Below are positions 27,938-36,883 of a stretch of 64,000 bases of DNA, in pieces. Below the pieces are notes generated by a model. That model worked only from the letters and a program-made list of their open reading frames with translations, searched no databases and was not told where the DNA came from. Position 1 is the first letter of the stretch. The number at the start of each line of letters is the position of its first letter. Source of the DNA: Nannocystis bainbridge (GTDB lineage: Bacteria; Myxococcota_A; Polyangia; Nannocystales; Nannocystaceae); assembly GCF_028368995.1 (NCBI RefSeq), contig NZ_JAQNDL010000002.1:320001-384000 (forward strand), read 5' to 3'. Position numbers and translations under genes: made by a program.

Positions 27938-28612
27938 TCAGGCCTGCGAGCGATCGGGGACGCGCACGCCGTCGACGACGATGTCGGCGAGCACATCGGC
28001 GAACTGCTCGACGCTCAGGCCCTGGCGCAGCGGGTCGTCGCGCACGAGCGGGGCGAAGCGGGTGAGCGCCTGCAGGACGACGAAGCGAGCGTGGCGCTCC
28101 TCGGCGGTCCAGGTCGCCGGGGCGACGGCGGCGTCGAGGAGGTGACCGATGAAGCCGCCGGCGTCGGCCATCGCCGCCGCGAAGCGCTCGGGCATGGCCT
28201 CGATCAGGGCGGCGAGCATGTCGGGATCGCTGGCAGAGGCGCGGGTCAGCAGCGGCGAGGCGGCGACCATGAGGATCGAGGCGCGCACCCACTGCCGCAG
28301 GCGATCACGCGGGGCCAGGTCCGGCGCGTCGAAGCCGTCGAGCACGGCGAACAACCGCAGCTTCTCGAGCGCGCAGGCGACGTAGAGGACGTCGAGCTTG
28401 GTGGCGAAGGAGAGGTAGACGGTGCCCTTGGCGATGCCGGCGGCGCGCGCGATGTCGTCGATGCTGGTCTTGCGATAGCCGTGGGTGACGAACAGCGCGA
28501 TCGCGGCCTCGAGGATCTTGAGGCGCTTCTTGCCCCTGCTGCTCTCGGGGTCGACGTCACCCACCGCTTCCGCGAGGGCGGCGCGCATCTCGGCGAGGGT
28601 CTCGAAATTCAT
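27938..28612 (-). CDS. TetR/AcrR-family transcriptional regulator
   Basis: ILEAAIALFVTHGYRKTSIDDIARAAGIAKGTVYLSFATK HTH. Confidence 0.9.
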   Translation of the reverse strand: MNFETLAEMRAALAEAVGDVDPESSRGKKRLKILEAAIALFVTHGYRKTSIDDIARAAGIAKGTVYLSFATKLDVLYVACALEKLRLFAVLDGFDAPDLAPRDRLRQWVRASILMVAASPLLTRASASDPDMLAALIEAMPERFAAAMADAGGFIGHLLDAAVAPATWTAEERHARFVVLQALTRFAPLVRDDPLRQGLSVEQFADVLADIVVDGVRVPDRSQA

Positions 28613-28616
28613 GTAT

Positions 28617-28656
28617 GACCAGTTTGACAAATCAGGTCATTTAGTCAATATTGGTC
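28617..28656. promoter_or_regulatory. Probable TetR operator overlapping divergent promoters
   Basis: AT-rich imperfect palindrome GACCAGTTTGACAAAT...ATTTAGTCAATATTGGTC, containing TTGACA at 28624. Confidence 0.65.
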
Positions 28657-28741
28657 TCAAGCCCGCCGGGGAGTCGTTTGGAGCCGATGTCGGCGCGAAT
28701 CCGCGCGCCTGCTCCGCGCACCGCGCAGGGCCCCAGGAGTC

Positions 28742-29425
28742 ATGGCCATGAAGTGGAGTCAGATCCGCGAGCTCAGCCGCATGCAGCGCGAGGGCCGATC
28801 GATCGGCGACATCGCGGCGCTCAAGTTCTCGTACCTGGCGGGGTCGAAGCACGCCGGCAATCACCGCCTTCACACGCTGCCGACGCCCAGCCTCGAGGTC
28901 GACCTGGCCAGGCTGCGGGCGCTGCCCGAGGGCACGGTCGGCCGCGCGCTCGCCCACCAGCTCGACCGCAACAAGCTCGAGCCGCTGGTGATCAGCGACG
29001 AGATGAAGGCGCGCCTGGCCGACAACCCGCTGGCGCTGCGCTACACGACCACGCACGACCTGGTCCACGTGCTGACCGGGTTCCCGACCACGCCGGCCGG
29101 CGAGATCGGGGTGTTCGCGTTCATGATCGGGCAGGGCTTCGGCTCGTCGCGCGCGCTGCTGTGGACCAGCGCGGCGGTGTATGGGCTGCTGATGCCGCTG
29201 CACGTGGCGGGGATCGTTCACAACGTCCGCGTCGGCCTGCGCATGGCCCGGGAGACGCCGCCGATGCTCGAGGCGCGGCTCGAAGACCTGATGGCGGTGC
29301 CGCTGGCAGAGGCGCGCGAGCAGCTCGGCCTGCGCCCGGAGACGATCGCCGCGATCGCGCCGGGGCACGACAGCTGGCTGGCCAAACGGATCCTCGCCCA
29401 GTCGCCGAGCAAGGCGATGGCGTGA
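28742..29425 (+). CDS. Coq4-family protein
   Basis: LRALPEGTVGR and the metal motif HDLVHVLTGF...GE. Confidence 0.8.
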   Translation: MAMKWSQIRELSRMQREGRSIGDIAALKFSYLAGSKHAGNHRLHTLPTPSLEVDLARLRALPEGTVGRALAHQLDRNKLEPLVISDEMKARLADNPLALRYTTTHDLVHVLTGFPTTPAGEIGVFAFMIGQGFGSSRALLWTSAAVYGLLMPLHVAGIVHNVRVGLRMARETPPMLEARLEDLMAVPLAEAREQLGLRPETIAAIAPGHDSWLAKRILAQSPSKAMA

Positions 29426-29435
29426 GCTGCTTCTG

Positions 29436-29632
29436 TGACATGTCCTAAGGGACATGTGTGTGTTTGCGAAGCGTGAGGTTGGGCGGCGACATGTCCCGAT
29501 GGACATGTTAAGGTCGAGGTCCGATCTGACCCGGAGGACAGGGGATAGATTCGGGCGCCGGTGGGGTGGCCCGGAGGACAGGTGTCATCGCCGCGACGGC
29601 GGGTGAGTGTCGCAGCATGTCCCGGAGGCCAG
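29436..29632. repeat. Intergenic cluster of TGTCC-N4-GGACA elements and variants
   Basis: Perfect units at 29441 and 29492; variants at 29527, 29567 and 29618; between convergent genes. Confidence 0.8.
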
Positions 29633-29637
29633 GTTCG

Positions 29638-30321
29638 TCAAGCGCCCCGATCGAGGGCGACGTCGAGGAAGGCGTGGCCGTCGCGCTCGAACACGGCGCC
29701 GCTGCGCAGCGCGAGCGGGCGGGCGAAGCCGGGCAGGTCGGTGACGAGGGTGTGGAACTCGCCGTGCTCGCCGCAGGGATCGACGGCGGCCGGCAGACCG
29801 GACAGCAGGGTGCTGTCGAAGCTGCGACCGAGCCATTCGGCCCCCATGCGCGCGAGGTCGACGGCGACGAGGGTCGCTCGCAGGCCACCGGCGATCATCG
29901 CCCGCGCGAGTTCACCGGTGTCCTGGCCCCACAGCGGGAAGACGGCGCGCAAACCTGTCCCTCGGAGCATGTCCTCTCGGTAAGCCCGGATGTCGGCCAG
30001 GAACAGGTCGCCGAACGCGATCGCGTCGATCTGCTCGGCGCGGGCGCGCTCGATCACCGCGCTCATCCGGGCCTGGTAGACGGCGTTGGGGCACGGGTCG
30101 GGCAGCGCGACCTGCCACAGCGGCAGGCCGAGCGCGTCGGCCTGGGCCAGCAAGACTTCGCGCGGAGTGCGGTGCATGACGACCCGGGCGTCGTCCTCGC
30201 GCGTGGTGGTGAGCAGACCGACGAGCTCGACCGCAGGGTCGCGCGCGAGCACGACGCTGGCCCACGCGGAGTCTTTGCCGCCGCTCCAGGCGAGGATCGT
30301 TCGGGCGCGCTTTCGCGGCAT
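29638..30321 (-). CDS. Adenine nucleotide alpha-hydrolase (diphthine-ammonia ligase/MJ0570-like ATP-binding protein)
   Basis: PP-loop WSGGKDS, FGDLFL, PLW and DPCGEHGEFHT. Confidence 0.85.
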   Translation of the reverse strand: MPRKRARTILAWSGGKDSAWASVVLARDPAVELVGLLTTTREDDARVVMHRTPREVLLAQADALGLPLWQVALPDPCPNAVYQARMSAVIERARAEQIDAIAFGDLFLADIRAYREDMLRGTGLRAVFPLWGQDTGELARAMIAGGLRATLVAVDLARMGAEWLGRSFDSTLLSGLPAAVDPCGEHGEFHTLVTDLPGFARPLALRSGAVFERDGHAFLDVALDRGA

Positions 30322-30380
30322 CACGTCGTTGGTAGCAAAGGATCGCGCGACGCGGGAGGCGGGGCGAGCGGCCGCGCGGC

Positions 30381-30410
30381 TTGACGCCGACGCGCGGGCG
30401 GGCCTACGCT
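30381..30410 (+). promoter_or_regulatory. Sigma70-type promoter
   Basis: TTGACG-N18-TACGCT; predicted +1 near 30416-30417. Confidence 0.55.
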
Positions 30411-30415
30411 GGCGA

Positions 30416-30478
30416 TGGAGGCTTAGTCCGGGCTTCCTTCTCACTCATTCTAGAAACCAGCTCGGGCGCTTACCTCCA
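30416..30478 (+). ncRNA. Putative structured 5' leader or small RNA upstream of the RING-TerD gene
   Basis: TGGAGG pairs with CCTCCA. GTCCGGGCT pairs with AGCTCGGGC. The 24-nt loop is AT/pyrimidine-rich. The structure starts at the predicted +1. Confidence 0.5.
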
Positions 30479-30495
30479 CCTTTTCTCCGCCGCCC

Positions 30496-33108
30496 ATGGG
30501 AGTCACGCACACCGCCACGCGCGAGGCGCTCCTGCGCCGCCAGGGGCTGGTGTTCGTGGCGCCGGGCGCGGCGACCGCGAGCGAGCGGCACCTGCAGGCG
30601 ATCGAGCTCGAGCTGGCGCAGCTCGGGTACGTGATCTCGGTGCGGCTGCGGCAGCGGCTGGCGACGCTGACGCCCGAGGAGCTCGCGCCGCACCCGCGCC
30701 TGGTCGCCGGCGCGCTGGCGGCCCAGTTCGGCGGCAATGTCCCCTACACGCCGCTGTTCCGCCGCTTCCCCGAGGATGTCCCGAAGGACACGCGCGACGT
30801 CTACCTGCACAAGGTGCTGTGTCACTTCCTGCAGACCGAGGGCCAGCCGTGCGTGTTCTGCCGCCGCGTCGGCACGACCCACGTGCTGAGCCCGTGCCTG
30901 CACGTGGTGTGCGACCACTGCTTCGACGGCGCCAACTACAGCGCGTGCCCGGTGTGCGAGCACCACGTCGACCGCAGCTCGCCGTTCTTCAAGCCGGGGC
31001 TGTTCCTGGCGCGCAGCCTGCCGAAGGAGAAGGTCCGCTTCAAGCTGCTCGACCTCGGCGAGGACCTGCCGGCCGCGGCGCGAGAGCTGTTCGAGTCGTT
31101 CTGCGCGCGCACGCAGGTGATGTCGCCGGTCGACGCGACGGACCTCGGAGCGATTGTCGACGATTTCGCCGAGCAGGTGCTGGCGTGGCTGCCGGACAAG
31201 ATCGCGGTGCGTGAGAACGTGGCGCGGATCTTCGGGGCGCTGCTGCGCAAGTGCAACGCGCCGGCCACGTTCGCGATGGCACAGGCGCACCTGGCGACGG
31301 CGACCGACGTGCTGCGCACGCTGGCGGTTTATTCGGGCGCCGATCCGTCGTTGCAGGGCGCGACCGTGAAGCGGCTGGTGGCGCGGCCGAAGGAGGGCGC
31401 GGCCGAACCCAGCGGGCTGGCCGCCCGGATCGAGAAGATCTTCGCCGGCGGCCGGCGACTGCCCAAGGCGGAGACGGTGTCGGTGCCGATCCACGCGTAC
31501 CGCTTCAAGGTGGGGCCGCTGCGCCGGCCGCTGCGGCGGGCGCTGCTGGCCCACCTCGAGGCGATGCACCCCGACGGGCTGGTCGAGGACATGCTGCGCC
31601 ACCGCTCGTACTGGCAGTGGGTCGGCAAGTTCCTGCATCCGCACGAGTTCGCCGAGCAGTTCCCGCAGGTGGCGCGCGCGTTCGCGGTGGTGCGCAAGAA
31701 GGCGCCCGACGGCACGCCGGCGCCGCGGTTCATCGGCTTCCACGCGGCGATCGAGGCGGCGGCGCGGGCCGGCGACGCGCCGGCGATGATCGAGAAGCTG
31801 CGGCAGCGACCGGGCGAGCTCGGGCGCCGCTTCGACCACGCGCTGCGGATCGCGGGCGCCGACGCGGCGGCGCAGGACGTGGTGATCTCGGCGTTCGTCG
31901 CGGCGGCGCCGCGGCTGGCGAACCCGCTGCTGCTGACGTTGCACGGCCACCTGCCGACGCGCGGGCGGCCGGCGGCGGTGCGGCTGTTCTGGCCCAAGGG
32001 ACAGGTGGCGAAGGGGGTCTCGGCGCCGGACGTCCGGCCCACGCTGGCCCCGCAGGCGATCGCCGCGGCCGGGCAGGTGGTCGAGCGCGAGCTGCTGCGC
32101 CGCCTGGCCGACAAGCCGAAGTTCGCCACCTGCGTGCTCGACGAGGGGCTGCGCGACGTGATCGTGCCGTTCAACGAGCGCACGGCCAGCCGCGCCGCGG
32201 TGTCGCTGTCGCGCGGTACGAAGGTGGCGCTGCCGGCCGGCGAAGTGGTGCGCCTGTTCCTCCACTGGTGTCAGCCGGAGGTCGGCGACTCCACCGATAT
32301 CGACCTCTCGGTCGCCTTTTACGACGAGCAATGGGCCTACGTCGGGGTGTGCTCCTATTATCAATTGCGATTCGACGGGGCCGACAAGCGGCCGATCGCG
32401 CAGAGCTCGGGCGACCTGCGCGACGCGCCGTACCCCGACGGCGCGGCCGAGTTCGTCGACGTGCACCGCGAGCGCGCCCGGGCCCAGGGCATCCGCTACG
32501 CGGTGATGGTGGTCAACAACTACGCTGGCATGCCGTTCTCGAAGCTCGAGCGGGCGTGGGCCGGGATGATGCTGCGCACGGACCTCGGCGGCCGGCAATT
32601 CGACGTCCGCAAGGTCGAGCTCAAGTTCGATCTGCAGGGCGAAAACGGGGTGTTCATGCCGCTGGTGCTCGATGTCGCCGAGTCGACGATGCACTGGCTC
32701 GACGTGTACACGACCGGTGAATTCGAGTTCAACAACGTGGAGACCTCGAACAAGGCGATCACGAAGATCTGCCCGGAGATGATCGGCTACTTCGCCAGCG
32801 GGGCCCGGATCTCGATGTACGAGCTGGCGCTGCTGCACGCGGCGGCCCGCGGCCAGCGGGTGGTGGTGCGTGGGCCAGACGGGCTGCGTGGGTTCGAGCG
32901 TGGGGCCGATGAATCGGCGGAGGCGTTCTTGCGGCGGCTCCGCGCCGGTGAGGGGGCGAGCCCGGCGGAGCTGCCCGCGGCCGAGGGAGCGCCGGTGTTC
33001 GCGGCGCTGCTGCACGGCGACGTGGAGCTGCCGGCGGGCAGCGTGTGCTACGCGCTGTTCCGCGAGCGGGTCATCGCTCCGATCGCGGCCAGCGACCTGC
33101 TGACGTGA
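30496..33108 (+). CDS. MXAN_6230/SCO0854-type prokaryotic RING protein with C-terminal TerD-like domain
   Basis: RING CVFC...PCLHVVCDHC...CPVC; RPGELGRRFDH; TerD-like DIDLSV...SGDLRDAP...AAEFVDV. Confidence 0.85.
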   Translation: MGVTHTATREALLRRQGLVFVAPGAATASERHLQAIELELAQLGYVISVRLRQRLATLTPEELAPHPRLVAGALAAQFGGNVPYTPLFRRFPEDVPKDTRDVYLHKVLCHFLQTEGQPCVFCRRVGTTHVLSPCLHVVCDHCFDGANYSACPVCEHHVDRSSPFFKPGLFLARSLPKEKVRFKLLDLGEDLPAAARELFESFCARTQVMSPVDATDLGAIVDDFAEQVLAWLPDKIAVRENVARIFGALLRKCNAPATFAMAQAHLATATDVLRTLAVYSGADPSLQGATVKRLVARPKEGAAEPSGLAARIEKIFAGGRRLPKAETVSVPIHAYRFKVGPLRRPLRRALLAHLEAMHPDGLVEDMLRHRSYWQWVGKFLHPHEFAEQFPQVARAFAVVRKKAPDGTPAPRFIGFHAAIEAAARAGDAPAMIEKLRQRPGELGRRFDHALRIAGADAAAQDVVISAFVAAAPRLANPLLLTLHGHLPTRGRPAAVRLFWPKGQVAKGVSAPDVRPTLAPQAIAAAGQVVERELLRRLADKPKFATCVLDEGLRDVIVPFNERTASRAAVSLSRGTKVALPAGEVVRLFLHWCQPEVGDSTDIDLSVAFYDEQWAYVGVCSYYQLRFDGADKRPIAQSSGDLRDAPYPDGAAEFVDVHRERARAQGIRYAVMVVNNYAGMPFSKLERAWAGMMLRTDLGGRQFDVRKVELKFDLQGENGVFMPLVLDVAESTMHWLDVYTTGEFEFNNVETSNKAITKICPEMIGYFASGARISMYELALLHAAARGQRVVVRGPDGLRGFERGADESAEAFLRRLRAGEGASPAELPAAEGAPVFAALLHGDVELPAGSVCYALFRERVIAPIAASDLLT

Positions 33109-33184
33109 GCGGCGGTCCGGCTGTCCGCTCGCGGCGGTCCGCGTGCGCGACCTCGACGCGGCTGCTAGCATCGAGGACGGCTCG

Positions 33185-33790
33185 ATGCGCGCGCTCGAAG
33201 CACAGCCCCGGATCGCCCGCGAGTCGTATCGCAGCTTCGCCGAGACGGCGCTCGAGCGGGCGCTGCGGGAGGGGCTGCCGGCCTGGTCGGAGCCGGGGCC
33301 GCCGCACGAGCTGTGGGCCGCGGCGCGCATGGCCGGGATGTTCACCGGGCTGGTGTGCGCGGTGGCGATGGTGCCGCAGGTGTTCGCGGCGCTGCTGCTG
33401 TGGAACGTGCTGGCGCTGGTCCGCAGCGCGCAGGGCCGCGAGCCGCCGGCGGATCGCTGGCTGCGCGGGCGGATCGGCCGCTACCGGGTGCCGGTCGGCG
33501 ATCTGAAGCACTGGCAGCTTCACGGCGCGGTGTGGTTCGGGCGCGTCGAGCTGGTGCTGCGGCGCGCTCACGAGCTGGCGGCGGAGGCGGTGCGGGTGGT
33601 CGAGCCCGAGGCACGCCTGGCGTGGACTGGGCCGAGGCGGCTGCGGGTGGAGGTGCCGTGGACGCGCCAGGGCGGCGATCACCGCCGGTTCGATCGCCTG
33701 GTCCGCTTCCTGGCGGCCCACCGCGACGAGCTGCAGCTCGAGCGGATCACCCTGGTGCCGCGGGAGGGACATGGCCCGAAAGACACATAG
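33185..33790 (+). CDS. Hypothetical membrane protein
   Basis: Two hydrophobic segments and GC3-biased codons. Confidence 0.55.
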   Translation: MRALEAQPRIARESYRSFAETALERALREGLPAWSEPGPPHELWAAARMAGMFTGLVCAVAMVPQVFAALLLWNVLALVRSAQGREPPADRWLRGRIGRYRVPVGDLKHWQLHGAVWFGRVELVLRRAHELAAEAVRVVEPEARLAWTGPRRLRVEVPWTRQGGDHRRFDRLVRFLAAHRDELQLERITLVPREGHGPKDT

Positions 33791-33882
33791 GCGGTGATGC
33801 GGGCGGTGGGTGTCGCGAGATGGCGCGAGGGACATGTTCTTTAGAGCATGTCTTCGATCACCCTGCGCCGAGGTCGAGGCGA

Positions 33883-34974
33883 TCAGCCGCGGGCGCGCCA
33901 GTCGGCCAGGGCCTTCGCCTCCTGCTCCGGGGTGATGGCGAACTCCGGGGCGTCGCGGCGCTCGGCTGGGACGGTCGGCCACCAGGCGAGGGTGTCGCGC
34001 ACGGTCTCGGCGAGCGGGCGGAACCGCAGGCCGGCGGCCACGGCCCTGGCGTTGCGCGTCGACATGTGGCCGAGGTCGTTGCCCTTCAACATGACCCAGG
34101 GGACAGCATCCGAGATGCCGTGGGCCTCGAGGAACGCGTAGTCGTCGACCCACACCAGGCGGGCTTCGGGGTTGACCGCCGCCTGCGCGGCCGCGAGGAA
34201 CTGCGGCATGGTCATCGGCTCGCGCGGGCCGACGGCGTTGTAGATCCCGCTGCGGCCGTCCTCGAGCAGACGCAGCATGAATTCGGCGAGGTCGCGGACG
34301 TCGATCAGCTGGACCGGATCGCCCGGGCGCCCGGGGGCGAGCACGTCGCCGCCGCGCTGCAGCCGGACCGGCCAGTAGGGGAAGCGATCGGTGGTGTCGC
34401 CGGGGCCGACGATGTAGGTCGGGCGGACGACGAGGCCGCGCTCGCCGAAGGCCTGCAGGACCTCGCGCTCGCTGCGAGCCTTGGCGACCCCGTAGGCCTC
34501 GGAGCCGTCGGCGGGATCGGTGGCCTCGAGGCGCACGGGCCAGGCCTCGTCGGCGCCCGCTCGCAAATAGGGGTAGTAGACGCCGGTCGAGGAGGTATAG
34601 AGATAGCGGCCGACCTGGTCCTTGAGCAATTGCGCGGACTGCCGGACCCACTCGGGGCGGGTGGCGGAGTCGTCGACGACGATGTCCCAGCGCCGGCCGA
34701 CGAGGGCTTCGAGCTGGCCGTCGCGGTCGCCGGTGAGGCGCTCGACGCCGGCGGGCAGCTCGGCTTGTCGGCGGCCGCGGGTGAAGATCGTGACACGATG
34801 GCCGCGGGCGACGGCGTGGCGGACCAGGTGCGGGCCGATGAAGCCGGTGCCGCCGAGGACGAGCAGGTCGAGCGGGCGGGCAGGACTGTCGGGGGCGACG
34901 ACGGCCGGCCGCGGGCCGCAGGCAGCAGCCGACAGGGCGGCGGAGAGCGCGAGGAAGCGGCGACGGGTGGGCAT
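33883..34974 (-). CDS. NAD-dependent epimerase/dehydratase (SDR) with Tat-lipoprotein signal
   Basis: TRRRFLAL...AAAC signal; LGGTGFIG; YGVAK; RPTYIVGPGD. Confidence 0.85.
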   Translation of the reverse strand: MPTRRRFLALSAALSAAACGPRPAVVAPDSPARPLDLLVLGGTGFIGPHLVRHAVARGHRVTIFTRGRRQAELPAGVERLTGDRDGQLEALVGRRWDIVVDDSATRPEWVRQSAQLLKDQVGRYLYTSSTGVYYPYLRAGADEAWPVRLEATDPADGSEAYGVAKARSEREVLQAFGERGLVVRPTYIVGPGDTTDRFPYWPVRLQRGGDVLAPGRPGDPVQLIDVRDLAEFMLRLLEDGRSGIYNAVGPREPMTMPQFLAAAQAAVNPEARLVWVDDYAFLEAHGISDAVPWVMLKGNDLGHMSTRNARAVAAGLRFRPLAETVRDTLAWWPTVPAERRDAPEFAITPEQEAKALADWRARG

Positions 34975-35104
34975 GGCCTGTCGCAAGGGTACGAGGCCGG
35001 GGGCGGGCCGCAAAGCGGCGCGCAGCCGGTTGGCCATGGACGGCCGGCTCGCTCCCTGCGACTCACGGCAGGCTGACCCGACGGTGCGGGCGATTCGTGG
35101 ATCG

Positions 35105-36262
35105 CTACGGCATGTTGGACTGCGGCAGGACCGACAGCTCGAGCGGGGCGTGGCCGTTGTAGCCGACGGCGTGTTGATTCCAGACCATCGCCTCCGGCCG
35201 CGGCTGGACGCGACCGGCGTCGTCGCTGGCCCGCGCCATCAGGCGGTAGCGTCCGGGCTCGGCGTCCTTCCACGTCACCTCGAAGCGGACCCACATCATC
35301 GGCTCCGGCGCGTGAAGGAGCTTGGCCGACCGCCACCCGGGCTCCCAGATCGGGGCCCACCGGTCCTGCGCGACCTGGCGATCGATCCGGACCTCGACCT
35401 GCTCGATCGCCCCGGCGCCCGACCACGCGCGCCCGTGGAGGGTCCGATCGCCGGGGCCGAGGGTGATGTCCTCGGCCAGCTCGAACGCGCTGCGCACGGG
35501 GCCCACCGTGGCCAGGATCGGCTCGGCGTAATCGGGGCCCGCGAGCACCTGATTGCGCTGAAAGTGGGTGAGCGGCAGCGGCTCCTGCGAGACCTCGATC
35601 CGGCCGAGCCACTTGACCGCAGAGTTGGCACCCCAGCCGGAGAAGATCGCGCGCAGGGGATAGCCGTGATCGATCGGCAGCGGCTCGTCGCGCATGCGAT
35701 ACGCGAGCAGGGTGTCGTCCGCCAGGACCTTGTCGATGGCGATCACCTGCGAATACGGCAGATCGCCGGCCTCGGTGGCCACGGCGTCGAGGCTGGTGAA
35801 CTGCGCGTTGGCGGCCGGGCCGAGCCCGACGGCGTCGAGGAGGTCCTTGACCCGCACGCCCGTCCACTCGGTCGCCCCGACGGCGCCGAAGTGCCATTGT
35901 GTCCACCCGGTGGGCAACCACTTGATGCTCTGGTACGGCGAGACCCGGGGGAAGAATGCGCGGCAGTTGACGCCGCAGTCGAGGACGCGGCGGCAGGTGA
36001 CGGCCGGGAACGCGAGCAGTTCGTCGTAGGTGAAGGCGCGCGGCTTGGCGACGGCGCTGCCGGCGACGTGGAGGCGCCAGGTGGTGAGGTCGATCGGGGG
36101 CGGGGCGGCGCGGCTGTGGATGTACATGCGATCGTTGGGGACGAGGTCGCCGTATTCGGGCGCGGCGCCGAAATTCATCTCCTCCGAGCCGTTGCCCCGC
36201 GAGATGAAATAGGCCGAGGGCGTCGGCTGGACGACGTAATTGGGCGGTGGCTTCGGCGGCAC
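35105..36262 (-). CDS. Sulfite-oxidase-family molybdopterin oxidoreductase
   Basis: LDCGVN, WTGVRVKDLL, HGYPLR, SAVKWL and a Moco dimerisation domain. GTG start follows AGAGGGG. Confidence 0.85.
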   Translation of the reverse strand: MPPKPPPNYVVQPTPSAYFISRGNGSEEMNFGAAPEYGDLVPNDRMYIHSRAAPPPIDLTTWRLHVAGSAVAKPRAFTYDELLAFPAVTCRRVLDCGVNCRAFFPRVSPYQSIKWLPTGWTQWHFGAVGATEWTGVRVKDLLDAVGLGPAANAQFTSLDAVATEAGDLPYSQVIAIDKVLADDTLLAYRMRDEPLPIDHGYPLRAIFSGWGANSAVKWLGRIEVSQEPLPLTHFQRNQVLAGPDYAEPILATVGPVRSAFELAEDITLGPGDRTLHGRAWSGAGAIEQVEVRIDRQVAQDRWAPIWEPGWRSAKLLHAPEPMMWVRFEVTWKDAEPGRYRLMARASDDAGRVQPRPEAMVWNQHAVGYNGHAPLELSVLPQSNMP

Positions 36263-36520
36263 GAGGTCCCCTCTTTGCGAGAAGAAGAATCGCCGGTCGC
36301 GACCGTGCGCGGCGGCGACCTCGAAAGCTATCACTGCGAGCTCGGCCGGCAACGGCGGCCCGGACGGTCCGCGCGGGGGAACGCGGTGTGCGGTGATTCT
36401 TGGCGGTCGACGCGAGCGTGGGCCTGCGTCACTCAGGGCGGCGTGAGGGGGCCGCAGCGCACGCCTGCGCGGGCTTCGCGGGCGGCGCGGTGCGTGAACG
36501 AGCCGGCGAAGGGTCGAAAA

Positions 36521-36870
36521 AGTCCGCGCAATCTCGCTCGCTGACGGAGCATCGTCTGCCATCGCGGCCATGCGCGAGAGGACATGTCCGAATGGACATG
36601 TGAATGGGCGAGAGTCTGCGCGATCTCGCTCGCGACCATCGTCCGCCATCTCGGGCATGGGCGAGAGGACATGTCCGAATGGACATGTGAAATGTCGATG
36701 GTTCGCGCAATCTCTCGCGGACGGAGCATTCTCCTCTATCGCGAGCATGGTCGAGAGGACATGTCCGCATAGACATGTTAAGGGGCGAAGGGCCGCGCAA
36801 TCTCGCTAGTGATCCTCGCCCGCCATCCCGGGCATGCGCGAGAGCACATGTCCGGGTGGACATGTCTATA
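36521..36870. repeat. Degenerate 87-90-bp tandem repeat (4 copies), each with three phased CATG cores
   Basis: Cores at 36569/83/97, 36656/70/84, 36746/60/74 and 36833/47/61. Confidence 0.9.
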
Positions 36871-36883
36871 AAAAAGCCCAGGT

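Noticed and set aside
35105-36748. 547-aa version of the sulfite-oxidase-like ORF
   Set aside because: The N-terminal extension just reads through the intergenic repeat. A GTG with an RBS at 36262 fits better.
36521-36870. Possible CRISPR array
   Set aside because: The intervening segments resemble each other (CGCGCAATCTCGC, CCATC), the repeats are degenerate and no cas genes are present. It is a tandem repeat.
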